This document shows positions 49,743 to 62,640 of a DNA stretch of 64,000 nucleotides, piece by piece. Numbering within the stretch: position 1 is the first letter of the stretch; each line of letters begins with the position of its first letter. The notes beneath the pieces are model-generated. The model did not search any database. It saw nothing but the letters and a program-made list of their open reading frames with translations, and was not told the origin of the DNA. The stretch comes from Mustelus asterias (lineage: Eukaryota), in contig NC_135816.1 in the NCBI RefSeq assembly GCF_964213995.1, positions 64,418,001 to 64,482,000 of the forward strand, written 5' to 3'. The position numbers and the translations under genes are program-made.

Positions 49743-50064
49743 TGTTAGAATGTAACCAGTGACAACTTTGTATTGGATGTAATGTGACCAATGGGAACAA
49801 GGCGTAAGGGTCAGCTGACCCAGTAAAACATGGCACACAGAGTGATGTAATAGGCAGCTGACCAGCTGATTCACTATAAATAAGGAATTATGGAGAATTA
49901 TGGGAAGCTTGGATTGGCCAGGGTGAGACCCCAAGTTTGGAGTAATGATGTTTCTTTATTAAACCCTTTCTTTGATTTATAAGTTGGAGTAAGTTTTGTT
50001 GTAGTTTCATTAGCTGCATTTTGAAGAGTTCCTTCTGAAGAAACATCACACATTCTTACTAACA
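49743..50064 (+). repeat. Copia 3' LTR
   Basis: TGTTAG...CTAACA inverted termini after a purine-rich tract; internal TATAAATA and ATTAAA. Confidence 0.75.
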
Positions 50065-50447
50065 CATACAGACTTACACACTTTCACTCACACACACACA
50101 GACTCACACCTCTCAATCACACTCTCAATCACACTCTCACTCACACTTTCACTCACACACACAGACTCACACACACGCACTCACTCAATCACTCACACAC
50201 ACGCACTCACTCAATCACTCACACACACTCTCACATTCTCACTCACACTCACACACAGACTCATATACACACACACGCTCTCAGTCACACACACACACAC
50301 TCTCACACAAACACACACACACTCATATACACACGCACACCCTCACACGCTGACACTTACAGACTCACACTCACAGACTCACACTCACAGATTCAGATTC
50401 AAACTCACACTCAGACTCACACTCACAGACTCACACAACCTCACACA
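50065..50447. repeat. CA/CT-rich compound microsatellite
   Basis: Directly visible; abuts the Copia LTR. Confidence 0.92.
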
Positions 50448-51126
50448 AAGAACCTTGGTGGGTTCCTGCAGTGCATCTTGTAGTTGGTACATATTGCTGC
50501 CACTGTGTTGATGGTGGAGGGAGTGAATTTTTGTGGATGGGGTATCGTTCAAGTGTGTTACTTTCTCATGGATGGTGTTGAGCTTATTGCATGTTGTTGG
50601 AACTGCACTCATCCAGGCAAGTGGAATGTATTCCATTACACTCCTGACTTGTGCCTTGTAGATGGTGGACAGACTTTGGGGGTCAGGAGGTGAGCTACTC
50701 ACTGCAGGATTCTGAGCCTCTGACCTGCTCTTGTAGCCACTGCAGCTATATGGCTAGTCCAGTTCAGTTTCTAACCATTAATAACCCCCAGGATGTTGAT
50801 ACGGGATTCAGCAATATTAATGCCATTGAATGCCAAAGGGCAATGGTTAGATTCTCCATTGTTGGAGATAGTCATTGCCTGGCATTTGTGTGGCATGAAT
50901 GTTACTTGCTACTTGTCAGCCAAAGCCTGGATTTTGCTACATTTGGAATGGACTGTTGTACTTGAATTCCAGCTGCAATCATCTGTGCCAATCAACAACA
51001 ACAACTTACATTTGTAAAGCACCCATATCATCGTAAAATGTCCCAAGGCATGGGAGGGTTATCCAATGAAAATGAAAATGGTAGTTAAGTAGGAAATATA
51101 ATTACATTTAAAATGAACAAACTTAC

Positions 51127-51408
51127 GCCCAACTCAAAGGTCTGGAGTGCCACCCGATATCCTCCGGACACAGGGGGTAACAGCCTCAGCACTTCCTTTA
51201 TTACACCGTCCAGGTACTGCAGACCGGTCACATCGCTTAGATGCAGCAAATTCTCCCCTGTGCGACTTTCAGGCCACAGTCCATTGGTCTGGAGATCCAT
51301 CCTCAACTTGGCAAGGACAGCTGGATTCTTCAGCAGCTGCAGAACGAGAGAAGTGCAGGCGCTGGCAGTGGTAGCGTAGGCAGCAAACATCAGCTCCACC
51401 ATCGCCTC
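51127..51408 (-). CDS. cyp26: CYP26B/C-type, exon 5
   Basis: 282-bp exon. I-helix ELMFAAYATTASA and K-helix KEVLRLLPPVSGGYR. Confidence 0.94.
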
Positions 51409-51993
51409 CTGCAACAAAACAATCCCATTGTTCAGCACTGAGAGGGCTGGTGACACATCAATGGGAACACTTTGGTTCTGAATAGCCGTCCCCCACCATT
51501 TCCTTTAGCAGGAATCCTTCAGAGATTTTGCTCACATTACTGTTTTATGCCAGTAGATGTCACTATACTGCTGCACTTAAGTCTAAGTGAGACCTGCCTC
51601 TTTCCCATTCACTTTGTTCGATGCCAGCCAGAGCTGGGGACCAGATTGAACACACTGTCCAAAGACCTCTCGTTTTCTCAGGTAAATTAAACTGAGTCAA
51701 GTCGAAACTGGTATTGATTTGAGTTCCACTTATCTATTATTACAATCACACATGGCCGAAAGGGATAGCAAGGGTTGGATGGGAATTTGTTTGAAGTTAG
51801 GCGGGAAGATACATTTATCCTATGTGCAATCCCTGTGTTCGGCTTAATCTGAGAGTTCCTCACTCTGGAACTGGGTGCCAAAGATCTATTTCCTAGCACT
51901 GAAAAGCCTGAACTTGATGAGGTGCAAACTTCCTCCACTTCCTCTGAAAAAAGCTGGCTCTGAGTTTTGATTTGTAAGTTCATGAATTCCTAC

Positions 51994-52143
51994 CTTCAGT
52001 TCCTGCATGCTCATCTTCACCCCTTGCTCTTGGCTGCTCTTTATTAGGATGCCAAGGGCAGTCGGGTATTCAGGACTAGACTGAAGCATGTCCTCAATGG
52101 GCTTTTCAAAGTATTCATGCAGCCTGTCCCGAGCTTGTAGACC
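51994..52143 (-). CDS. cyp26: CYP26B/C-type, exon 4
   Basis: 150-bp exon. GLQARDRLHEYFEKPIEDML..ALGILIKSSQEQGVKMSMQELK, canonical ag/gt. Confidence 0.88.
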
Positions 52144-53324
52144 CTGGAGGGAGAGAACATTTCATGAATGTTTACATTTTCACTGCCCATTCGTTCTGTT
52201 TCATGGGAACATAAGAAATAGGGTCAAGAGGAGGCCATTCAGCCCTTTAGTCTACTCCGCCATTCAATGAGACCATGGCCGATCTTCTACTCCATTTTCC
52301 TGCACTATCCAGTTTCAATTCCAGCCTTCGGTCACTGTCTGTGTGGAGTTTGCACTTTCTCCCTGGCCACCCGAGGCTCATAAGATTGCGCCTGAGGTTA
52401 ACGGGGAAGGCTGTTCTGCGAGCCTCGCCCATCCCGATGATTTCGGGGCCGCCGTGTCGGTAATATCAGGACCCTCGTGTCTGCCTGGGTTTCCTCCGAG
52501 TGCTCTGGTTTCCTCTCACACTCCAAAGATGTGTGGGTTAGGTTGATTGGCCATGCTAAACTGACCCTTGTGTCAGGGGGATTAGCAGGGTTGCGGGAAT
52601 AGGGCCTGGGTGGGATCGTGGATGATGCGGACTTGATGGGCCGAATGGCCTCCTTCTGTAGTGTGGGGATTCTATGAATTCTATGAATATCCCTGTGACC
52701 TGTCCCTTGTTGTTCTTAATATATAAAAATTTAATGATCTCTGTCTTGAACACACTTAATGACTGAGTCTGCACAGCCCACTGAAACTGTGTTCTCTTGC
52801 TTGGCAGCCTGGTATGTTCTCAGCCATTGACTGTCACAGCCAAGTGTCCAGAATTATCAAACAGAGGCTTTGCTTTATAGAACTATTTTTTTATTCATTC
52901 ATTAATCCACAGGATGTGGGCGTGGCTAGGCCAGCATTTATTGCCCATCCCTAGTTGCCCTTGAGAAGGTGGCGGTGAGCTACCTCCTTGAACTGTTGCA
53001 GTCCCTGAAGTGTAGGTACACCCACATTGCTGTTAGGGAGGGAATTCCATTGACTCAGCGACAGTGAATTATTGTGACATTTTTCCAGATTGGGTTGGTG
53101 AATGGCTTGGTGGGAACCTGCAGATTAAGGATGTTCCCTTGCACCTGCAGTGGGGTTTGAAAGCACAATCTGCTACAACTGAAGCATAGCTGACATATAA
53201 TTAATCTCTCCCAAGATTGGAAGATTATGGTGAGATTTCCCCTCACCTCCACTCACTCTTCCTTTAGCAACCTGCATCGTAAACCACCTGGACCCAGTGA
53301 CATATCCATTTTCACCACACATGT

Positions 53325-54190
53325 GGACCGGGATTCTCCCCCAAAAATTCTAAATCCCCAACTTGCGGGAAAATGGGAGGAACTCCTGCTGTTTTTTTCA
53401 ATGTGGTTTCCAGAATGAATCCCGCACACTCTGTGCATCACAGAGTGCCCTAGTGCGGTTCCCTCTGAAAATCTGTGGGCAGGGCCTATTCCCGCTGGAG
53501 AGACCGGCAGCATAGCGCTTCAGCGGGTCACTGCGCATGCGCTGATCTGTCAGAGCAGAGATTGGCGCATGCACAGTGGCCCCGCATTGCCAGCCTCCCG
53601 ATCGCTGGCCAGCCCCGCAACCCCCTCCCTCCCCCCCCCCCCCATTCCCAGCACCGGCCTACCAACCCCCCACACCCAATCACTGGCCTCCTGGACCTTC
53701 CTGGGCCAACCCCAAACATTCCCAATCCCCCCCCCCGGTCACCCCTGATCTCCCCAACACCTGCCACCTCCACCAGCGATCTTAGTGCAGAGTGGAAGTA
53801 GGACCCCACCCACCCCCACCAATTGCCCCCAATAGGCCCCGCCCCCAAAAGGCCCCATTGCCTCTGGCCCTGTTCCCTTGGCACTGCCCGGTGCCTGGCG
53901 AGCAGTGCCAAGGTGCTCAGTGGGTGGTGCCAAGGGGCCAGGCTGGCACTTCCAGGCTGGCACTGCCCAAGGAGCAGCCCCCTTTATCCCTGACCTCCCA
54001 GGGGGGCCTCAATGGCCACTGTTCTCTCCAGCAGTGTCAGGCCACCTGTTCCTTGTTAGTGGGGAACAGTAGAAAACTCCGCTGGAGTGAACCACTCCTG
54101 GTGGTGGGGGTGGGAGGCAGATGCTAGCTGGCCCGGAGACTTCAGTCACTTATGTCTCCCAGCCCGCTGCACTGTTCCAGAATCGCCCCT
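53325..54190. mobile_element. GC-rich non-autonomous element with terminal inverted repeats (related ends at about 21074-21125, 30567-30910, 39458-39590, 59617-59748)
   Basis: GG..GGGATTCTCC / AGAATCGCCC-type inverted ends; no real ORF. Confidence 0.5.
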
Positions 54191-55739
54191 TGTTGTAAAA
54201 TCATGACAATAATCTTCTTCTGAGAAACTAACACCTTACTCAAAGAAAATCAGCGGTAATATAAATCTTGCTTCTAAAACTCCATTATTGTTACTCACAC
54301 TTATGACTTGTGATGTCATGTGAATGGTGGGGATAGGGGTTCGGGCCTGTTCTATCATATGGCTTCAGCAATGGTGTTGCGTATCAGTGACCTACACTTT
54401 GGATCAGGCCTTGGACCACCTGGAGGACCTTTGCAACCACCAGTTGTCCTCAGACCCCAACTGGTCCACTGCTCCAGTGCCAGTTTGTGCAACTTGTCTC
54501 ATCTCCAAAATGGACCGGGAGTCCTGGAGATAGCAGAAACCAAGGAAGGAAGTACTTGAAACATGTTTCATAAAGGAAAAGGCCGTCCAATGGATAGAAC
54601 AAGGTACACTTTGTTAAGTAGTTCTGAAGTGATGAAAATAGGGGATGTGCAAGATATCAGAACTGGGAGGAGTCTTGTTATTGTGGAAGGTTGTAGAACT
54701 GCAGCTGGAGATACATTTTGCTATGTTCAATTTTATAATACAAAATTAATATTGTAGTGATGAAGTAAATGTTCGAGCATTTCGAGTCCAAAGATATGTG
54801 GGTTATGTTGATTGGCCATGCTAAATTGACCCTAGTTTCGGGTTATTAGCAGGGTAAATATGTGGGGTTACGGGGATAGGGTGGGATTGTTGTCGGTGCA
54901 GGCTCGATGGGCTGAATGGCCTCCTTCTGTATTGTGGGGATTCTATGATTCTATGATTTGTCTAATGCATTACTGCCACAGCTTAAGTGGGGTGGCACGG
55001 TGGCACAGAGGTTAACACTGCTGCCTCACAGTGCCAGGAACCCAGGTTCAATTCTGGCCTCGGGTCACTGCCTCTGTGGAGTTTGCACGTTCTCCCCGTG
55101 TCTGCATGGGATTCCTCCGGGTGCTCCGGTTTTCTCCCACAGTCCAAAGATGTGCGAGTTAGGTTGATTGGCCATGCTAAAATTGACCCTCGGGGAATCA
55201 GCAGGGTAACTGGGATAGGGTCTGGGTGGGATTGTGGTCGGTGCAGGCTCGATGGGCCGAATGGCCTCCTTCTGCGCTGTAGGGATTCTATGGTTCTTCT
55301 CTGATTCTATGAACTCGAATTTCTCCGTCTGTCCAAAGATTGGAATTCCCAATTTGGTGTAGGAAAATTGGGATTTGTCAACGCAGAGCAATGACGATCG
55401 ACATGTGCAAGAGGGACCATGAGTTATCGCTCCAACAGACTATGTTCTGAAGAGGAAGAACACATTAATGCACCACCAGCTCTCAGTCGCACCTTTGGAG
55501 GAGGTGCCAAATAAGTCTGAACATTTCCCTGTGAGTGAGAAAGGAAGGGAAGGCTCATTGGATCCTTGGAGAACAGCATAGCCTGAAGCTCTGCTCAAGT
55601 ATTATCCTGGCACTGAACTATTTTTTACAGTTGTCAATGTGATAAGAACCAGGGAAAATTGTATCAGCATCTACGAGGCCCTTCAGCAACATTGCCCAAT
55701 TCAAGGGAGAATGTGGTGAATGGCAGGAATTAGGTGTAC

Positions 55740-56015
55740 CTTTCTGTAACCACTGCCGGGGACATCCAGGGGCAGCGAGAACAAGTTGTGGGTAAGTTGC
55801 TCAAAGACAGTGAACAGGTTGGTCAGCTCCTCCTCGCTCGGCAGCGATCCCAGCAGAATTGCCACAGCTATTCGGAACGTCAGCCTCTTACTTTCTGAGT
55901 ACACAGTGACAGGGTGTTCACTGGCACACCAGTCCCGCACTGACTCTGCCACCACCTGCTTGATCTGTGGCATGTAACTCTCCAAAGCAGAATGGCTGAA
56001 AACTTTTGCATAGAC
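55740..56015 (-). CDS. cyp26: CYP26B/C-type, exon 3
   Basis: 276-bp exon. VYAKVFSHSALESYMPQI..LTFRIAVAILLG..NLFSLPLDVPGSGYRK. Confidence 0.92.
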
Positions 56016-56572
56016 CTGTCAAGGAACAGAAATTAAGTTGAAAGGACACGGCCTGGATTGAGGTACAATCAGCAGACTGGAGTCTAGCAATTACTATTAA
56101 ATCTGACGCATTCTACAGTCACTGATAGGGTATGAATTCTGTATGCTGCACCTGGAAGTAGAAGGTGGGAAGGTGCACCTTATAGATCAGATAAATATCA
56201 TAGAACAAGACATTTTCACATTAGTAATCATTCATCCATTGTTTGTATTTTCCCTCCATATGAATGAGTATTCAAATAAACAGCAGCTGTTTGACAGGGG
56301 AAGAAAAAATTGAATCCATAATTTTCATGGTGAATGCGCCATTCTCAAATACCGCAAAATATATTTTACAATGTTTCGATATGCATCAACCCTCTGGATA
56401 AACAGGAGTTTCTCACCTTGGACAGGATGACTCTCTACTGTCTGCTGCAACCCTGCAAGGGTAATTAACAGCACCCACAAAGCACCTCAATTCTCCCTGA
56501 GGAGATCATTGTAGTGCAATTGTAGCATCGTCTTTTTAAAGTTTATTTATTAGTGTCACAAGTAGGCTTACA

Positions 56573-57105
56573 AAAGAACAAAGAACAAAAGAACTACGAG
56601 CAGGAGTAGGCCATCTGGCCCCTCGAGCCTGCTCTGCCATTCAATAAGATCATGGCTGATCTTTCCATGGACTCAGCTCCACTTACCCGCCCGCTCACCA
56701 TAACCCTTAATTCCTTTACTGTTCAAAAATGTATCTATCATGACCTTAAAAATATTCAATGAGGTAGCCGCAACTGGACAGGGAATTCCATAGATTGTGT
56801 GAAGAAGTTACTCCTCAGCTCAGTCCTAAATCTGCTCCCCCTTATTTTGAGGCTCTGCCCCCTAGTTCTAGTTTCACCTGCCAGTGGAAACAACTTCCCT
56901 GCTTCTATCTTATCTATTCCCTTCATAATCTTATATGTTTCTATAAGATCTCCCCTCATTCTTCTGAATTCCAATGAGTATAGCCCCAGTCTATTCAGTC
57001 TCTCCTCATAAGCCAACCCTCTCAACTCCGGAATCAACTTCGTGAATCTCCTCTGCACCCCCTCCTGTGCCAGTATATCCTTTCTCAAGTGAGACCAAAA
57101 CTGCC
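56573..57105 (-). mobile_element. CR1 3' fragment
   Basis: EGVQRRFTKLIPELRGLAYEERL; (AAAGAAC)n tail. Confidence 0.88.
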
Positions 57106-59933
57106 CTTTAATTTAAATCACGTTCAGTAAAATACATCCAGAGCAATCCAATTAAAATTAATCCAGGCTCACAACTGTGAAAATCTATTTCCACTCATGT
57201 AAGAAATAGCTGGTTAGACAGATATCAAGATACAGATATCAAGCCAAAACAGTTGTGGCAGATATCTCTTAATAAATGCAACGTAAATCATACCAACAAA
57301 ATATATTTGCAAAAAGCTCTCAAGTTGAGAGAGAAACTCATTCGCACATTTCTCAAAGCAATGATCAGTCTCTGCCATTAATGTTGGAGTCCAAAATGTA
57401 AACATCATAAAGCACAATAGATGATACAATGCCATTCACAACTCAACTGAATCTATTGGCGTGTGTGTGTGTGGGGGGTGGGGGGGGGGGGGGGGGGGGC
57501 GCTGTTCAAATCACAGCCCTGATGCAGTAGACTCCGAAAGACTGTTTCTGATAGGCAAAGTTGAACTGAATTGCTTTGTCCAGAATGCAACATATTTTTA
57601 TTCCTAAATTAACTAAGGGAAGGGAAAAAAATAACAAAAGCCATCAGCAATACAGCACTTCATGAGGTCTTGTCTTGGCTTTCGTCCATCCTCATTGCGA
57701 GGGTTAGCCGCACTATGAACAATTATCACAGGGGGAAACACTTGGTTTCCTGGCAACCCAGAGTTTGCGACTTCAAACCAGTAAAGGTAAAAGTTAAGAC
57801 GTCACATTGCCTAAGAACATTAAGACTTGCCACAGTTGAGCCTATATTTGACACCAGTCTCATGTGGATCACTGAATACCCACAGATCAACTAAGAATGC
57901 GTTGACAGTGTTGTCCAAGAACAAAAAACACCAGCCCTCTAGGTAGCCAAATTAACAAAATAAAGAACAAAGTACAGCACAGGAACAGGCCCTTCTCAGG
58001 CCTGTACCAATCATGATGCCCCAACTAAAAAAAGCCTTCTACCCTTACTCGGTCCATATCCCTCGATTGCCTCCCTATTAATGTACCCATCCAGATGCCT
58101 TTTAAATGTTGCTAATGTGCCTGCCTCCACCACCTCCTCCGGCAGCACGCTCCAGGCACCCACCATCTTACATTAACACTGCAGTGAAGTTACTGTGAAA
58201 ATCCCCTTGTCACCACACTCCGGCGCCTGTTTGGGTACGCTGAGGGAGAATTTAGCATGGCCAATGCACCTAACCAGCACGTCTTTCAGACTGTGGGGGG
58301 AAACCGGAGCACCCAGAAGAAACCCACATAGACATGGGGAGAACATGCAGACTGCGCACAGTGACCCAAGCCGAGAATCGAACCCGGGTCCCTGGCGCTG
58401 TGTGGCAGCAGTGCTAACCACTGTGCCACCATGCCACCTTGCTTCAACAGGCAAACATCTTCAGTGCTAGCTGCAGGATTCTAATCCCGTTTTCATCTGT
58501 ATGTTTTTCAGATTAACTGCAAGGTTTAAAAAGCAGCTACAGAGAGTTAATATTTCAGGTTAAACACCTTTTGTCAACCCTCTTTCTCCACAGATACTGC
58601 CTGAGTATTTCCAGTATTTTCAGTTTACGGTGCAGATTTCCAGCATCTGCAGGTATATTACTTTTACATAAAAAAGCAACCAGCTTTTGAAATAAAAATA
58701 AAAGCTACGCAATGTAAATCAATGTAACAGAGTTTGGGAAAATCAAAATGGACAAGAAAGTAAATTAAACAGAAAAAGTCAAGTGAGGAAAAACAAAATA
58801 CTTAAAATATTTTACATCAGTTACTTTCCTCCGCACCTTGGATCGATGTACTTTAAACGTTCTCTTTATTTTCTTCTGACTTTCAGATATACACGCATAA
58901 ATCAATGGGAAAATCATTAAAGCCAAGGGGGTGAAAGTATACTTAGGCCACAAAATACCGAGAATCACTAAACAATTTCCCCTCCTTGTTTTCTTCAGTC
59001 AGCCTTGCTGGGGTTTGGTTCAAGAGGTGACAATGGTTAATTTTCTGGAGAAAGTTGACCCTCAGGATGTTGATGTTGTGGCGGTACGGTGGCACAATGG
59101 TCAGCACTACTGCCCCTCACAGCGCCAGGGACCCGGGTTTGATTCCCAGCTTGGGTCACTGTCTGGTGTGGAGTTTGCGCTTTCTCCCCATGTCTGTGTG
59201 GGTTTCCTCCGGGTGCTCTGGTTTTCTCCCACAGTCCAAAGATGTGCGGGTTAGGTGCATTGGCCGTGCTAAATTGCTCCTTAGTGTTAGGTGGACGTCA
59301 GGGGAATTAGTAGGGTAAATAGGCGGGGTTACAGGGATAGAACCTGGGTGGGATTGTTGTCGGTGCAGGTTTGATGGGCTGAGTGGCCTCATTCTGCACT
59401 GTAGGGATTCTAAACATTTAGTAAGAGTAATGATATTGGATGCCTAGGTGAGATGGTCAAGGCCTCCCTTGTGGTCATGGTCTGGCAGGGGGAATGAGTG
59501 TGTGCACACTGTTCAAAGTAGTGGTATTCCTATGGAACCTGATTCTGTCTTCACCTTGGCCTCCACATGCGTACACCTTTCAGCAATGGATTGGTGCTAA
59601 TGCTAATTGTAACACAGGTCAGAATTTTCTGACCCGGCGCACCACCCAGTCAGCCAGGCCCGTTGAAAGCCAATGGATGTTTGGCTGGGCCACAGAATCC
59701 CCTGCGGCGGGCGGGTCCCTCCACAACGGGAGTCAGAAAATCCTGGCCACTGCCTCTGCAGTTCTAACATAGGTCACAGGAAGAGCTGGGATCTTCATAA
59801 TCGCAAAACTGAGGATCATGCCTGCCAGATTCTGTATTTATATTTGGAGCAACTGGTATCCCTGTAACAAATTGTGAATGGAATGGTAGCTGGTAAAATG
59901 TTGAAAATGTTTTTGCTCAGATATTGTTAACAG

Positions 59934-60250
59934 GTGGGGTGGCACAGTGGTTAGTACTGCTGCCTCAGCGCCAGGACCTGGGTTCGTTTCCTGGCTTGGG
60001 TCACTGACTGTAGTCTGCGCATTTGACCCGTGTCTGTGTGGGTTTCCTCCAGGTGCTCCGGTTTCCCCCCACAGTCCAAAGATGTGCGGGTTAGGTGGAT
60101 TGGCCATGCTAAATTGCCCCTTAGTGTCAGAGGGACTAGCTCGGGTAAGTGCATGGGGTTATGGGGATAGGGTCTGGGTGGGATAGTGATCGGTGCAGAC
60201 TCGATGGGCTGAATGGCCTCCTTCTGTACTGTAGGGGTTCTATGATTCTA
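59934..60250 (+). mobile_element. tRNA-derived shark SINE (HE1-like), CR1-type tail B (also about 30075-30235, minus 36985-37320, 41955-42155, 52310-52687, 54785-54957, 54988-55310, 59080-59412)
   Basis: Same head and core as type A but ends GATGGGCCGAATGGCCTCCTTCTG..(ATTCTATG)n, like CR1 3' ends. Confidence 0.88.
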
Positions 60251-61179
60251 GAAGAAGTTGTGCAGAGAATATCTGAAAATGCAATGGGCGAGTTGAGAAA
60301 GACTTTATTTGTTAGTCTTTTGAAGTAATTTAGAGGTTGTTAGCTAAGACAGACGAGGTTTGAAAGCGGCACCACTAACCCACTGTCACAGAAACACAAA
60401 GCCTGAAAGGGAACTTAACAAATCAAATGAAAATCACATTCCCAGTGTTGATAATGTACTCCTGGTGCCACTGGTCATCGAAAGCCTAAGGTGCACCAAT
60501 GGACATCATGTGCTCCCTCTTCCAGGACATTTGAGCCTGGACGGAGCCACAGAAAGACAGACTTGACCATCTGCTGTTAATGGCCACCTTGACCTGGTCC
60601 AGGATCAGTCCCACCAAGAGGTCTCCCAACCTCCCTGCTCACTCCTCCGTACTGGGTCACCAATGCGAACATGGGACTGAAGTGCAACCAGAAATGCCCC
60701 TTCAACGAATAGAAGCGGAGTTGTGATGTCTATATTTAGAATATTTACACTGTAATTTTGCCAACAGCATTTACCAAAGCACTGAGCCTGTTTTAGCATA
60801 TAAATACCAATGGGTGAGTAACCCTTCCCTTCATTAGGGACAGCTTGATGTCTTAACTTTCTAGCCTTGAGCCAGGAAACTGCTGATTGCTACAGCTTAT
60901 GCCGCTACCTCAGGTTAATAACATCTTGGTAAGTGGTACTGGATACAATGTTGCAGAATGAGTCGATAACATATCCTTCTGATGAACCTCATTTAGCTTG
61001 GAAGAAGTGTAAATACAGAGAGGCAGACAAAGATCGGACTGCAAATTATTTGGCTCAAATACAGAGTAAGTATGTTTCAATGAATCTGGCATTTGAACAT
61101 CATTATCCACAAAATCGTTGCTTGCATATTTGACTTGAGGAACAGGTAGAGGTTTGAGGTCTGTTAGTGGAATAGGTAC

Positions 61180-61404
61180 CTTTCTTTTGTGATGGTGGAT
61201 GTCCCCGCTGGAGTTTGCCAGGCTGGTAGACCCCAGGATGGCTTGGGCACTCTGTGGCCAGTTGGTACCAACCAAATTGTGTTCTTCCAGCAGTAGCCGA
61301 CGCAGGTGTTCCGCACCAGTGACACGCACCAATGGCCGCCCCAGCAAGTGTGTCTTGAACACGGTACCATGTTGCTTCCTTCTGGAAGCATGGAAATTAG
61401 AACC
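61180..61404 (-). CDS. cyp26: Cytochrome P450 family 26 (CYP26B/C-type), exon 2
   Basis: 225-bp phase 0 exon. [37 protein letters not shown]; FKTHLLGRP is the CYP26 signature. Confidence 0.93.
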
Positions 61405-62007
61405 CTGTAAGGAGTAGGAGAAATTTTACACACTGTATAATTAATAAGTGTACGCAGCGAAGATAGCTTTTACTTCTTTCTAACTGGCAATTTTCTACTT
61501 CTTTTATTTAACAAATGTAGCATCCAAAATGGTGTTTGTTCATTCGTTCATGGGATGTGGGCATCGCTTGCAAGGCCTGCATTTATTACCCATCCCTAAT
61601 TGCCCTTGAGAAGATGAACTGCTTTCTTGAACCGCTGCAGTCCCTGTGGTGAAGCTACACCCACACTGCTCTTATGGAGGGAGCTCCAGGATTTTGACCC
61701 AACAATGAAGGAATGGATGTATATATCTCCAAATCAGGATGCTGAATGACTAGGATAGAAACTTTCAGGTGGCGGTGTTCCAAGGTATCTGCTTTCCTTG
61801 TCCATTGAGGTAGTTTTGAAAGGTGCTGTTGAAAGAACTTTGGGGAGTTACAACAGTGCATCTTTTATACACACTGCTGCCACTGTGCATTGAGCTTAAA
61901 GGGAGTGAATATTGAAGGTGATAGATGGGTACCTGTTTTGCCCTGGATGGCATTGATAATCTTGTGTGTTAAACCATATCATAACCATAGAATCCCTACA
62001 GTGCAGA

Positions 62008-62640
62008 AGAACATAAACATAAGAACATAAGAAATAGGAGCAGGAGTAGGCCATCTAGCCCCTCGAGCCTGCCCCGCCATTCAATAAGATCATGGCTGAT
62101 CTGACGTGGATCAGTACCACTTACCCGCCTGATCCCCATAACCCTTAATTCCCTTACCGATCAGGAATCCATCCATCCGCGCTTTAAACATATTCAGCGA
62201 GGTAGCCTCCACCACCTCAGTGGGCAGAGAATTCCAGAGATTCACCACCCTCTGGGAGAAGAAGTTCCTCCTCAACTCTGTCCTAAACCGACCCCCCTTT
62301 ATTTTGAGGCTGTGTCCTCTAGTTTTAACTTCCTTACTAAGTGGAAAGAATCTCTCCGCCTCCACCCTATCCAGCCCCCGCATTATCTTATAAGTCTCCA
62401 TAAGATCCCCCCTCATCCTTCTAAACTCCAACGAGTACAAACCCAATCTCCTCAGCCTCTCCTCATAATCCAAACCCCTCATCTCCGGTATCAACCTGGT
62501 GAACCTTCTCTGCACTCCCTCCGATGCCAATATATCCTTCCTCATATAAGGGGACCAATACTGCACACAGTATTCCAGCTGCGGCCTCACCAATGCCCTG
62601 TACAGGTGCATCAAGGCATCCCTGCTTTTATATTCTAGAC
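62008..62640 (-). mobile_element. Young CR1 3' fragment
   Basis: 167-aa open ORF2 end; (AACATAAG)n tail; inserted in a SINE tail. Confidence 0.9.

Larger units (their letters stand above)
44839..50064 (+). mobile_element. Degenerate Ty1/Copia LTR retrotransposon (integrase-RT-RNase H, 3' LTR)
   Basis: Integrase (FLTDNGGEF, NGLCERN) precedes RT (DIKAAFLQG, HVDDFL) and RNase H (VFSDAS, STLVAE), the Copia domain order. Stops and frameshifts present; 5' part lost at the N gap. Confidence 0.88.

Noticed and set aside
53253-54127. CpG-island-like GC-rich ORFs
   Set aside because: Internal to a TIR-bounded repeat in a cyp26 intron; low-complexity translations.
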